Of a stretch of 17,279 nucleotides of DNA, positions 1-9,892 are shown one piece after another (position 1 is the first letter of the stretch; each line of letters starts with the position of its first letter). A program made the position numbers and the translations under genes. This stretch comes from Octopus sinensis (Eukaryota), in NCBI RefSeq assembly GCF_006345805.1, contig NW_021824781.1:1-17279 (forward strand), written 5' to 3'. A model generated the notes under the pieces. That model saw nothing but the letters and a program-made list of their open reading frames with translations, was not told where the DNA came from and searched no databases.

Positions 1-741
1 TGTTATGAGCGAAAACACCTAAAGCTCCACGAGGCTCCGGCAGGGGATGGTGGTGATCCCTGCTGTACTCTTTCACCACAACTTTCTCTCACTCTTACTT
101 CGATTCCCAGACCGGGCGTTGTGAGTGTTTATTGAGCGAAAACACCTAAAGCTCCACGAGGCTCCGGCAGGGGATGGTGGTGATCCCTGCTGTACTCTTT
201 CACCACAACTTTCTCTCACTCTTACTTCGATTCCCAGACCGGGCGTTGTGAGTGTTTATTGAGCGAAAACACCTAAAGCTCCACGTTGCTCGGCAGGGGA
301 TGGTGGTGATCCCTGCTGTACTCTTTCACCACAACTTTCTCTCACTCTTACTTCGATTCCCGGACCGGGCGTTGTGAGTGGTTATTGAGCGAAAAACACC
401 TAAAGCTCACGATGCTCCGGCAGGGGATGGTGGTGATCCCTGCTGTACTCTTTCACCACAACTTTCTCTCACTCTTACTTCGATTCCCACGCACGTGGGC
501 GTTGTTTGTGAGTGTTATTGAGCGAAAACACCTAAAAGTTCCCACGAGTTTGGCGGCAGGGGTGGTGGTGGATCCCCTGCTGTACTCTTTCACCACAACT
601 TTCTCTCACTCTTACTTCGATTCCCAGACCGGGCGTTGTGAGTGTTTATTGAGCGAAAACACCTAAAGCTCCACGATGCCGGCAGGGGATGGTGGTGATC
701 CCTGCTGTACTCTTTCACCACAACTTTCTCTCACTCTTACT
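1..741 (+). repeat. Head-to-tail tandem array, about 6 copies of a ~127-bp SINE-internal unit
   Basis: gagcgaaaa anchors at 7, 134, 261, 387, 520 and 651. The unit matches the body of the minus-strand SINE at 3837-3975. The array runs off the window start. Confidence 0.92.
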
Positions 742-940
742 TCCTGTTTCTGTTGTACCTGTATTCCAAGGGGCCGGCCTTGTCACTCTCTGTGTCACGC
801 TGAATATCCCCGAGAACTACATTAAGGGTACACGTGTCTGTGGAGTGCTCAGTCACTTACACGTTAATTTCACGAGCAGGCTGTTCCGTTGATTCGGATC
901 AACCGGAACCCTCGTCGTCGTAACCGACGGAGTGCTTCCA
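618..940 (+). mobile_element. tRNA-derived SINE family C, last array unit continuing into 3' tail type 1
   Basis: B-box-like ttcgattccc and body shared with 3837-3975 (minus). The tail 776-940 is near-identical to 3448-3612. Confidence 0.8.
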
Positions 941-1359
941 TTCCATACAGATCAGACACACACACACACAGTATGTATTCACGTTCACATTTGGTTATTA
1001 ACTCTATGCTGATTGGTTGAATGTAAGGACACTTTTTATTGGTTTGTGAACCGTTTGTGGTGTGACATCAAAGTCTTTGCTTGAAAAGATGACATCACTT
1101 TCCATCATCCCTGATATGTGTATGTGTGTGTGTTAAAATGGTAATGTTATATATACATAGACATATAAAGAAAGATCTCATATTCTTCTTCAATCCAGCA
1201 ACTCCACCACACAGCTAAATTCAAGATATGAAATTATCAACAGGTGTAGACACATAGACAGGTTTCTATTATTGAACTGGAGAGTGCCAACCATTCCAGA
1301 TTGGGTTGCTGTCTTGAAGACTTTGACATATTTTCTGTTATTTTGTTCTAAACTAGTGT

Positions 1360-1560
1360 GTGTGTGTGTCTTTGTGTCTGACCCTTCTACACAGTTCGAC
1401 AACCAGTGTTGATTTGTTGACATGCTTAGTTGTTCAGTAAAATAGAGTAAGTACCAGGGCTAAAAATAAGCTCTGGGGTCAGTCTATTGACCCCGAATCC
1501 TTCTAGGTGGTACCCCAGCATAGCTGCAGTCCAGTGATTGAAACAAGAGAAGAGTGAAAA
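1360..1560 (+). mobile_element. Degenerate 3' half of SINE family A
   Basis: tagagtaagtacc...ggggtc...ccagcatagctgcagtccagtgattgaaacaag aligns by eye to 11470-11575. Confidence 0.6.
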
Positions 1561-1590
1561 GATAAATATGCACACACACACACACACACA

Positions 1591-1740
1591 CCGCCGAGGT
1601 CGACTTTGCCTTTCATCCTTTCGGGGTCGATAAATTAAGTACCAGTTGCGCACTGGTGTCGATGTAATCGACTTAATCCCTTTATATGTCCTTGTTTGTC
1701 CTCTCTGTGTTTAGCCCCTTGTGGGTAGTAAAGAAATAGA
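1591..1740 (+). mobile_element. 5'-truncated SINE family B
   Basis: ccgccgaggtcgactttgcctttcatcctttcggggtcgataaattaagtaccagt matches the reverse complement of 15281-15425. Confidence 0.8.
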
Positions 1741-1959
1741 TATGTTTGGTTACAGGAAGAGCACCCAGCTGGAGAGTGTAAGCCCCAGAATGAAAAGTAA
1801 GGAAAGGAAATGGTCCTTCAAGCCATCTTGGAGGGTAGTGGCCCTCACGAAGAATCTGACTGAGAAAGTTGAGGGCATGTCTCACCCGAACCAGTGTGGA
1901 AAGGGGCTATAAAATGGTGATTATTGTGTGTGTGTGTGTGTGTGTGTGTGTGAGTCCAC

Positions 1960-2112
1960 ACTGTAAAGGGATTGGTGCTTGGAAGGGCATCCAGCTGTAA
2001 AAATCCCTGCCAAAACAGTCACAGAAGTCTGGTGCAGGCTTCTGCCTGGCTGGCCCCTGTCAAACCATTCCACCCATGCCAGCATGGAAGGCAGATGTTA
2101 AACGATGAAGAT
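1960..2112 (+). mobile_element. 3' end of retroposon family D with (GAT)n tail
   Basis: ggaagggcatccagctgta...ccatgccagcatggaag...gttaaacgatgaagatg; reverse-complement copies lie at 3225-3445 and 16203-16360. Confidence 0.7.
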
Positions 2113-2117
2113 GAACG

Positions 2118-2186
2118 ATGTATGTGTGTGTGTGCGTGTGTGTGCGTGCATGTGTGTATGTATGTGTGTGTGTGTGTATGTATGTA

Positions 2187-2219
<33 letters not shown>

Positions 2220-2395
2220 GTATGTATGTGGTGTGTGTGTATGTATGTGTGTATGTATGTGTGTATGTATGTGTGTGTGTATGTATGTGTGTGTGTATGT
2301 ATGTGTGTGTGTATGTATGTGTGTGTATGTATGTGTGTGTGTGTGTATGTATGTGTGTGTATGTGTGTGTGTGTGTGTGCGCGCGCATGTGTGTA

Positions 2396-2436
<41 letters not shown>

Positions 2437-2452
2437 GTGTGTGTGTGTGTGT
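2118..2452. repeat. Compound (TG)n/(TATG)n microsatellite
   Basis: Seen directly; it explains the CV/HT-repeat ORFs. Confidence 0.97.
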
Positions 2453-2633
2453 AAGAGAAGAGCTTAATATGAAGTAGTTGCAATCCTTTATAAAACATTC
2501 ATAAAAAAAAAGAAAAGAAAAATCCATAAAAAAACATCTGAGATGCAAGAAAGTGTGGAGGGCAGAGGTAGGCAGTGGTTTAACAGAGAGAGGCATGGCC
2601 ATGAAGAAGGGCATACCTGATGGGTTGATCGAA

Positions 2634-3170
2634 ACTGAACCCGGAACTGAACCCGGAACCATGTGGTTGGTTAGCAAGCTACTTACCACACAGCCACTCC
2701 TGTGCCTGGTGGTATCTCTTCGGCCCGAGGCTATAGCAGAAGACACTTTCCCAAGATGCCATGCAGTGGGACTGAACCCGGAACCATGTGGTTGGTTAGC
2801 AAGCTACTTACCACACAGCCACTCCTGTGCCTGGTGGTATCTCTTCGGCCCGAGGCTATAGCAGAAGACACTTTCCCAAGATGCCATGCAGTGGACTGAA
2901 CCCGGAACCATGTGGTTGGTTAGCAAGCTACTTACCACACAGCCACTCCTGTGCCTGGTGGTATCTCTTCGGCCCGAGGCTATAGCAGAAGACACTTTCC
3001 CAAGATGCCATGCAGTGGGACTGAACCCGGAACCATGTGGTTGGTTAGCAAGCTACTTACCACACAGCCACTCCTGTGCTTATGTATATAGACACATGAC
3101 AGGCTTCTTTCAGTTTCCATCTACCAAATCCACTCACAAGGCTTTGGTCAGCCTAAAGCTATAGTAGAAG
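2634..3170 (-). repeat. Tandem array of ~3.5 x 125-bp SINE family A heads, followed by a further family A fragment
   Basis: gaacccggaaccatg occurs at 2649, 2774, 2898 and 3023. Each unit is the reverse complement of the SINE head (cf. 11203-11312) plus a short spacer tggtggtatctctt. Confidence 0.9.
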
Positions 3171-3211
3171 GGAGGGCATCAAGGAATTTCATCTGAGTCA
3201 TGCAAACATTG

Positions 3212-3242
3212 TCATCTTCATCATCATCCCCATCATCATCAT

Positions 3243-3275
<33 letters not shown>

Positions 3276-3445
3276 GTTTAGCGTCCGCTCTCCATGCTAG
3301 CATGAGTTGGACAGTTCAGCTGGGGTCTGGGAAGCCAGACGGCTGCACCAGTCTCCAGTCTGATTTGGCAGTGTTTCTACAGCTGGATGCCCTTCCTAAT
3401 GCCAACCACTCCCTGAGTGTAGCGGATGCTTTTTATGTGCCAGAT
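3212..3445 (-). mobile_element. Retroposon family D 3' end with (CAT)n tail on the + strand
   Basis: (CAT)n then cgtttagcgtccgctctccatgctagcatg...ctggatgcccttcctaatgccaaccactcc, shared with 16203-16360. Confidence 0.75.
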
Positions 3446-3447
3446 GA

Positions 3448-3612
3448 GGCCTTGTCACTCTCTGTGTCACACTGAATATCCCCGAGAACTACGTTAAGGG
3501 TACACGTGTCTGTGGAGTGCTCAGCCACTTACACGTTAATTTCACGAGCAGGCTGTTCCGTTGATTCGGATCAACCGGAACCCTCGTCGTCGTAACCAAC
3601 GGAGTGCTTCCA
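3448..3612 (+). mobile_element. SINE family C tail type 1 fragment
   Basis: Near-identical to 776-940. Confidence 0.85.
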
Positions 3613-3630
3613 TCCATGTATGTTGATGAT

Positions 3631-4016
3631 GTTTGTTTGTTTGTTTGTTGAGTGAAGCGGTCTTCATCCCAGAGCTCGCAAGATCGCGCCTCTGTAGTGG
3701 AAGAAGTCCGAAACGTGGTCCTTTGCTCTTCGTAAGACCCGCAGAAGTGAAAGCAGGTCAACCCCCGACACCGAGAGCATCGACGGACGGATGAATGCAC
3801 ATCCAGGCTCAGCAGTTGCATAGGAAATCTGGGACAAGAAACAGGAAGAAAGAGTGAGAGAAAGTTGGAGCGGAAGAGTACAACAGGGGTCGCCACCACC
3901 CCCTGCCGGAGCCTCGTGGAGCTTTAGGTGTTTTCGCTCAATAAACAAACACAACGCCCGGTCTGGGAATTGAAACTGCGAGTCCGCTGCTCTAACCACT
4001 GGGCCATTGTGCCTCC
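3631..4016 (-). mobile_element. Near full-length tRNA-derived SINE family C with 3' tail type 2 and (CAAA)n end
   Basis: The minus strand reads ggaggcacaa-tggcccagtggttagagc (A box)...gtttcaattccc (B box), then the body shared with 1-751, a different tail and terminal (CAAA)n. Confidence 0.85.
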
Positions 4017-4076
4017 ACTGTTGATGACACTCAATTGTGTGTGAATGTGAATCAATGCTTTCTTTCTTCTCTGCAG

Positions 4077-4107
4077 CCTTCGGCAATGCAGGGAACTCAG
4101 TCTCCAA
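4077..4107 (+). CDS. Candidate 31-nt micro-exon of the TGF-beta family gene (PSAMQGTQSP)
   Basis: Strong acceptor tttctttcttctctgcag ends at 4076 and donor AA|gtaaga starts at 4108. Ten codons plus 1 nt give a phase-1 end that joins the exon at 5568 in frame (A+AT=Asn). Supported by splice signals only. Confidence 0.42.
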
Positions 4108-4314
4108 GTAAGATGCTAGAAAACTGGCAGCTTCAGAAAAATTATTTTTCAGGACAGATAAAAAATTCTTTTTTACATATAAAATTTTAAAATTCGAAAA
4201 TTCACCCTTAAAGGGTAATTTTTCTGGCAAGAGACTCACTCAGGCAAGAGCAAATGTTGTTAACCAACTTTTTGACAAAAAATTAAATACAAATTCAACT
4301 AAAAATAAACCCGT

Positions 4315-5468
4315 GATGGATGGGTAGATGGATAGACAGACAGACAGTTAGACGGGTAGACAGATAGATAGATTGGTAGATAGATAGATGGGTACATAGA
4401 TAGATGGGTAGATAGATGGATAGATGGATAGAGAGACAGACAGACAGGTAGACAGATAAATAGATGGGTAGATAGATAGATGGGTAGATAGATGGAGAGA
4501 TGGATGGGTAGATGGAAGGATAGATGGGTGGGTAGATGGATGGGTAGATGGATGGGTAGATGGAAGGATAGATGGGTGGGTAGATGGGTGGGTAGATGGA
4601 TGGGTAGATGGATGGGTAGATGGAAGGATAGATGGGTGGGTAGATGGGTGGGTAGATGGATGGGTTGATGGAAGGATAGATGGATGGGTAGATGGATGGG
4701 TAGATGGATGGGTAGATGGATGGGTAGATGGATGAGTAGATGGAAGGATAGATGGGTGGGTAGATGGGTGGGTAGATGGATGGGTTGAAGGAAGGATAGA
4801 TGGGTGGGTAGATGGATGGGTAGATGAATGGGTAGATGGATGGGTAGATGGATGGGTAGATGGAAGGGTAGATGGATGGGTAGATGGATAGGTAGATAGA
4901 GGGTAGATGGAAGGGTAGATGGGTGGGTAGATGGATGGGTAGATGGATGGGTAGATAGAGGGGTAGATGGATAGGTAGATGGAAGGGTAGATAGATGGGT
5001 AGATGGATGGGTAGATGGATGGGCAGATGGAAGGGTAGATGGAAGGGTAGATGGAAGGGTAGATGGAAGGATAGATGGGTGGGTAGATGGATGGGTAGAT
5101 GGATGGGTAGATAAGTGGGTAGATGGATGGGTAGATAGAGGGGTAGATGGATGGGTAGATGGAAGGGTAGATGAGTGGATAGATGGATGGGTAGATGGAT
5201 GGGTAGATGGATGGGTAGATGGATGGGTAGATGGAAGGGTAGATGGAAGGGTAGATGGATGGGTAGATGGATGGGTAGATGGATGGGTAGATAGATGGGT
5301 AGATGGATGGGTAGATGGATGGGCAGATGGAAGGGTAGATGGGTGGGTAGATGGATGGGTAGATGGATGGGTAGATAGAGGGGTGGATTGATAGGTAGAT
5401 GGAAGGGTAGATGGGTGGGTAGATGGAAGGGTAGATAGAGGGGTAGATAGAGGGGTAGATAGATGGAC
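4315..5468. repeat. ~1.15-kb G-rich minisatellite built from GATG/GATA/GGTA tetramers, dominant 12-bp unit GATGGATGGGTA
   Basis: Seen directly; it explains the HLPI/PSIY/HPST ORFs on the minus strand. It is intronic if the micro-exon at 4077-4107 is real. Confidence 0.96.
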
Positions 5469-5567
5469 AGAGAAATGAAGTGAATGAAACAAGAAATTTT
5501 ATTTCCCAACCACATTTGTCTTCCTTCCTGTTTAAACCAAATTTCCCTTTTTCCGTTCCTTTGCCAG

Positions 5568-5735
5568 ATTTTCACCATTGGAAGCTCTTGGAGTTCACAT
5601 TCACCAATCAGAACACATCATTCCCGTCGGTCACATCCAGCTCTGAACTGGTTCTAAATATAAAACAGCGACCCCGAAGGGTTTGTCATTATCCTGATAT
5701 AAGGGTCCGAACCACACATGCAATAGTTCGACCTA
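5568..5735 (+). CDS. Internal prodomain exon of the same TGF-beta family gene
   Basis: A pyrimidine tract and ttgccag acceptor end at 5567; a perfect GTAAGT donor starts at 5736. The 168 nt read [55 protein letters not shown], resembling the propeptide 'L.F.......v.saEL.L' motif. It ends in phase 1, and A+AG=AAG joins in frame to the exon at 7704. Confidence 0.72.
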
Positions 5736-5864
5736 GTAAGTTCCTTTTTTTTTTAAGTTTTGTTCATATTAAACGTTTTATTTGAGTTAATTAAACATTA
5801 GGGTTAATTACTTTTATTATTATTATTATTGTTGTTGTTGTTACTCTTCCTTATTCTTTTATAT

Positions 5865-6503
5865 GTTTCAGTCATTTGACTGTGGCCATGCTGGAGCACT
5901 GCCTTAAAGGGTTTTAGTTGAGCAAATCGACCGCAGGATTTATTCTTTGTAAGCCTAGTACTTATTCTATCGGTCTCTTTTACTCGTTTCAGTCATTTGA
6001 CTGTGGCCATGCTGGAGCACCGCCTTTAGTCGAGCAAATCGACCCCGGGACTTATTCTTTGTAAGCCCAGTACTTATTCTATCAGTCTCTTTTGCTGAAC
6101 CGCTAAATGACAGGGACATAAACACACCAGCATCGGTTGTCAAGGAATGCTAGGGGGACAAACGCAGACACACAAACACACACACACATATATATACATA
6201 TATATGACAGGCTTCTTTCAGTTTCCATCTACCAAATCCACTCAAGAGGCATTGGTCAGCCCGGGGCTATAGCAGAAGACACTTGCCCAAGATGCCACGC
6301 AGTGGGACTGAACCCGGAACCATGTGGCTGGTTAGCAAGCTACTTACCACACAGCCACTCCTGCGCCTATGTATATATACACATGACAGGCTTCTTTCAG
6401 TTTCCATCTACCAAATCCACTCACAAGGCTTTGGTCAGCCTAAAGCTATAGTAGAAGATACTTGCCCAAGGTGTCATGCAGTGGTGCTGAACCTGGAATC
6501 ATG
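5865..6503 (-). mobile_element. SINE family A cluster: extra 3' segment (5865-5981), full copy (~5982-6367), partial copy (6368-6503)
   Basis: Reverse complement of the 11203-11580 element; tttcagtcatttgactgtggccatgctggagcac occurs twice. Confidence 0.88.
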
Positions 6504-6750
6504 TTATAATCTAGCACCTGATCCGTTTGGATTGGGAAATCCCTGAAGATTTTGTTAGTTTCCAACTCTGCCACTCCCTACAGCCTGTGCTCATACCAAG
6601 TTTCGCCTCTCCCTAGCTCCTACTTTTTGCAGTAAGCAATGTAGTAGTATCACTACCTGATTGTGTCACCACTACTTGTTTTGGTGGTTTGGGTCACAAC
6701 TAGAACATTCATTTGTGATATGGGCAATGGTTTCATCCACTCTATTGCAG

Positions 6751-6785
6751 GTGCGGCACAGCAGAGACATTTGCTCATTCCAAAG
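6751..6785 (+). CDS. Possible 35-nt cassette micro-exon (SAAQQRHLLIPK)
   Basis: Acceptor tttcatccactctattgcag ends at 6750 and donor AAG|gtatta starts at 6786. It is in frame with the upstream exon, but stays in frame downstream only if the second AG of CAGAG (7704-7705) is used. Confidence 0.25.
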
Positions 6786-6786
6786 G

Positions 6787-7364
6787 TATTATTATTATTA
6801 TGATTATTATTGTTATTATTATTATTATGATTATTATTATGATTATTATTATTATGATTATTATTGTTATTATTATTATTATGATTATTATTATTATTAT
6901 TATTGTTATTATTATTGTTATTATTATTATGATTATAATTATTATTATTATGATTATGATTATTATTATTATTATTATGATTATTATTATTATTATTGTT
7001 ATTATTATTATGATTATAATTATTATTATTATTATTATTATTATTATGATTATAATTATTATTATTATTATTATTACTATAATTATTATTATTAGTATAA
7101 TTATTATTATGATTATTATTATTATTATTATTATTATGATTATTATTATGATTATTATTATGATTATTATTATTATGATTATTATTGTTATTATTATTAT
7201 TATGATTATTATTATGATTATTATTATTATTATTATTATTATTGTTATTATTATGATTATGATTATTATTATTATTATTGTTATTATTATTATGATTATA
7301 ATTATTATTATTATTATTATTATTATGATTATTATTATTATTATTATTACTATAATTATTATTA

Positions 7365-7404
<40 letters not shown>

Positions 7405-7619
7405 CATTATGATTATCATTGTTATTATTATTATTATCATTATTATTATTATCATCATCATTATTATTATCATCATCATCATTATTATTATCATCATCAT
7501 TATTATCATTATTATTATTATCATCATCATTATCATTATTCTTATTATGATTATCATTGTTATTATCATTATTATTATTATTATTATTATTATCATCATC
7601 ATCATTATTATTATTATTA

Positions 7620-7659
<40 letters not shown>

Positions 7660-7690
7660 TGTCATTATTGCTGTTGTTGTTATTGTTGTT
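6787..7690. repeat. ~900-bp (ATT)n/(ATG)/(ATC)/(GTT) trinucleotide tract, intronic
   Basis: Seen directly; it produces the poly-I/N/Y ORFs and abuts the acceptor at 7703. Confidence 0.97.
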
Positions 7691-7703
7691 TCCTCCATTG
7701 CAG

Positions 7704-8452
7704 AGATGTATATGACAAAGAAGAACCTTGTGATAAACGTGACAGCCATTGTAAAGCAAGCCACTGCAGAGAGGTCAGAGCAACTGACCTTTAAGGTCAT
7801 CCATCGTCGCAGCGCCCAGCACCAGTCTTGCAGGCTCAACACAAATGCTCTGCTCATCATGTACAGCGACATGTTCACAGCAGACATCAAGAGGTCGCAG
7901 CAGAACAGCAGGAAGTCCAAAAGATTATTCAAGACTTCAGCTGAGACGCCAAATACTTCAGCAGAGGGACCAGGAAAGGGTTTGTCAACGCAGGACTCTC
8001 CGACCGAGACAACCCCAAATGTTCCGACAGTAAAAGCGCCGTCACTGGAGGAGGACAAGCGGAGGCGGCGGTCGTTGCAAAACACATCGTCTTCGCCTGA
8101 CCAACTTTTTAACAGGAATTTCAAGAAACATAATACAACTAACTGCAGCTTAAAACCTTGGCAAATTCGGTTCTCTGACATTCGCCTCAATTGGATCCTA
8201 AGTCCAAAGGTTTATAATGCAAGTTACTGCTCAGGCCATTGTCTGAGTCTGATAGACTCAAGGGTGAGCAACCATGCTTTTTTGCGCAACAAGTATCATC
8301 TGTCAACTGGCTACAGCCATGTACACATCCCCTACTCTTATTGCGTCCCCTCTGTATACTCACCCCTGCCAATTATTTATGAGAGCAAGCTAAAAGAAGT
8401 CCTTATCGGCACTCTACATAACGTGATAGCCTTAGATTGTGCCTGTTGGTAG
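7704..8452 (+). CDS. Terminal exon of a TGF-beta superfamily (BMP/GDF-like) ligand: end of prodomain plus ~126-aa mature cystine-knot domain
   Basis: Acceptor tttcctccattgcag ends at 7703. Prodomain-like LVINVTAIVKQ is followed by KRRRR|S (RRRR at 8060-8071). Mature motifs: CSLKPWQIRFSDIRLNWILSPKVYNASYCSGHC, NHA, YCVP..YSPLPIIY, LHNVIALDCACW, then stop TAG 8450-8452. These match the TGF-beta family pattern. The orthology group cannot be assigned by eye. Confidence 0.93.
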
Positions 8453-8844
8453 CGTTATGATGAGATGGCCACGTGAGATTTTAAGGGTTTTTTTGGGGAT
8501 GTGAGGAAAGGAAAAAAAAAGAAAAAAGAGAGAACTTTTTGGGGAAGGACAAGTCTATTACTAACATAAAAAGAAAAAAAATTAATAATTAAAAAACAAT
8601 ATATGGAATCCAAAAATCAGGATCTTTTTTTGCCAAAGTGTCTCACTTCTGTAAGCCATTTTCTTATAACTGGCTTCTTCCAGGTTAGAAAACATGGAAG
8701 CAACAAGAGAAAAATAGGTCTTGTGTTACAAAAGTCCATGCTCAAACAAGATATTTCAGTAATGAAAAACACTTCTGGAATGCAGTTGGATACCTTTAAT
8801 AATAATAATAACAATAATAATAATAACAACAACAACAACAACAA

Positions 8845-9053
8845 TTCTTTCTACTGGAAGCACAAGGCCTCAAATTTGGGGGAAAGGGATTAAGTCGATT
8901 ACATCAACCCCAGTGTATAACTGGTACTTATTTAATCGACTCCGAAAGGATGAAAAAGGCAAAGTTTGACCTTGGTGGTATTTGAACTTGGATGGGCAAA
9001 ATACCTCTAAACATTTTGCCTGGCAGGGTAACGATTTTGCCAGCTCACCACAC
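8845..9053 (-). mobile_element. SINE family B copy
   Basis: Shares taagtcgattacat..ccccagtg..aactggtacttattta, aaaggcaaagt and gccagctc with 15330-15502. Confidence 0.78.
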
Positions 9054-9103
9054 TTAATAATAATGATGATGATAATAGCAATAATAATAATAATAACAAT
9101 AAT

Positions 9104-9513
9104 AGACCTTAACCAGTTGAGCATGTCCCTTAGTGGCTGACAATACATGCATCTCTGATCACGAGCAGAAGTAGTGGGGGAGCATCATAGCCATGTGTTG
9201 AGAGGGATTCTTTGGGGTTTGAATAATTCACCTTTGGAAACATGGGTGGTTCTCTCAACATCCTTAAACAACCCTTATTCAGGGACCTTTTGAGCGGGAT
9301 GGGCTACTCAACCTGAAGAAAATTCTAACTGGGCCCCACCTGCAAAGTCACGCGCTGTTTATCTTGATATGAGATCACCATGTCGCGCACATATGGTTGT
9401 GATGCATGTGCCTGGTGTACCCTTATCAGACGGGTAGTCATGATGGGTATACTGGGCTTTGTATATTTGTACCCTAGTGTCACTTTGATGGCATACACGG
9501 CTCTCTCACTCAA

Positions 9514-9561
<48 letters not shown>

Positions 9562-9590
9562 TAATGATAATAATAATAATAATAACAATA
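9104..9590 (+). mobile_element. Retroposon family E 3' region with (AAT)n tail (probable LINE 3' UTR or LINE-tailed SINE)
   Basis: Ends ...ctctctcactc(AAT)n and is flanked by AAT repeats. 9301-9510 is repeated at 9652-9861. Confidence 0.65.
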
Positions 9591-9609
9591 GGTGTCTTGT
9601 TCATCATCC

Positions 9610-9892
9610 TGAAATAACCCTTATTGAGTAGGTTGGGTTTTTGTGCAGGTGGGGCTACTCAACCTGAAGAAAATTCTAACTGGGCCCCACCTGAAAAGTC
9701 ATGCACTGTTTACCTAGATATGAGATCACCATGTTGCACACATATGGTTGTGATGCATGTGCCTGGTGTACCCTTATCAGACGGGTAGTCACGATGGGTA
9801 TATTGGGCTTTGTATATTTGTACCCTAGTGTCACTTTGATGGCATATGCTGCTCCCTCATTCAACAACAACAACAACAATAATAATAATTAT
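9610..9892 (+). mobile_element. Second, shorter copy of family E with (AAC/AAT)n tail
   Basis: gggctactcaacctgaagaaaattctaactgggccccacctg...gtcactttgatggcata is near-identical to the first copy. Confidence 0.7.

Noticed and set aside
1-741. CRISPR-like regular repeats (also 2634-3080)
   Set aside because: The units are contiguous with no unique spacers, derive from SINEs and lie in eukaryotic context.
1199-1350. Possible further upstream exon after ttcttcttcaatccag
   Set aside because: One frame is open, but it has no recognisable signal peptide or propeptide motif and no strong donor in the phase needed to join 4077.
3697-3812. RNase P/MRP-like or hammerhead-like words (gaagaagtcc, gaaacgtggtc, ggctca)
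   Set aside because: The P4-type pairing is too short, the CUGANGA core is absent, and the region is part of a SINE tail.
4295-5578. 427-aa and 397-aa minus-strand ORFs
   Set aside because: They are stop-free readings of the 12-bp minisatellite with no protein-like complexity.
6800-7703. N-terminal poly-Ile part of the 550-aa ORF, and the overlapping poly-Asn/Tyr/Ile ORFs
   Set aside because: These are translations of an (ATT)n tract. A good acceptor at 7703 and an in-phase upstream exon explain the real coding part.
8581-8600. ATTAAA as the poly(A) signal of the TGF-beta gene
   Set aside because: It lies in very A-rich sequence where such hexamers arise by chance, and cannot be supported without transcript data.
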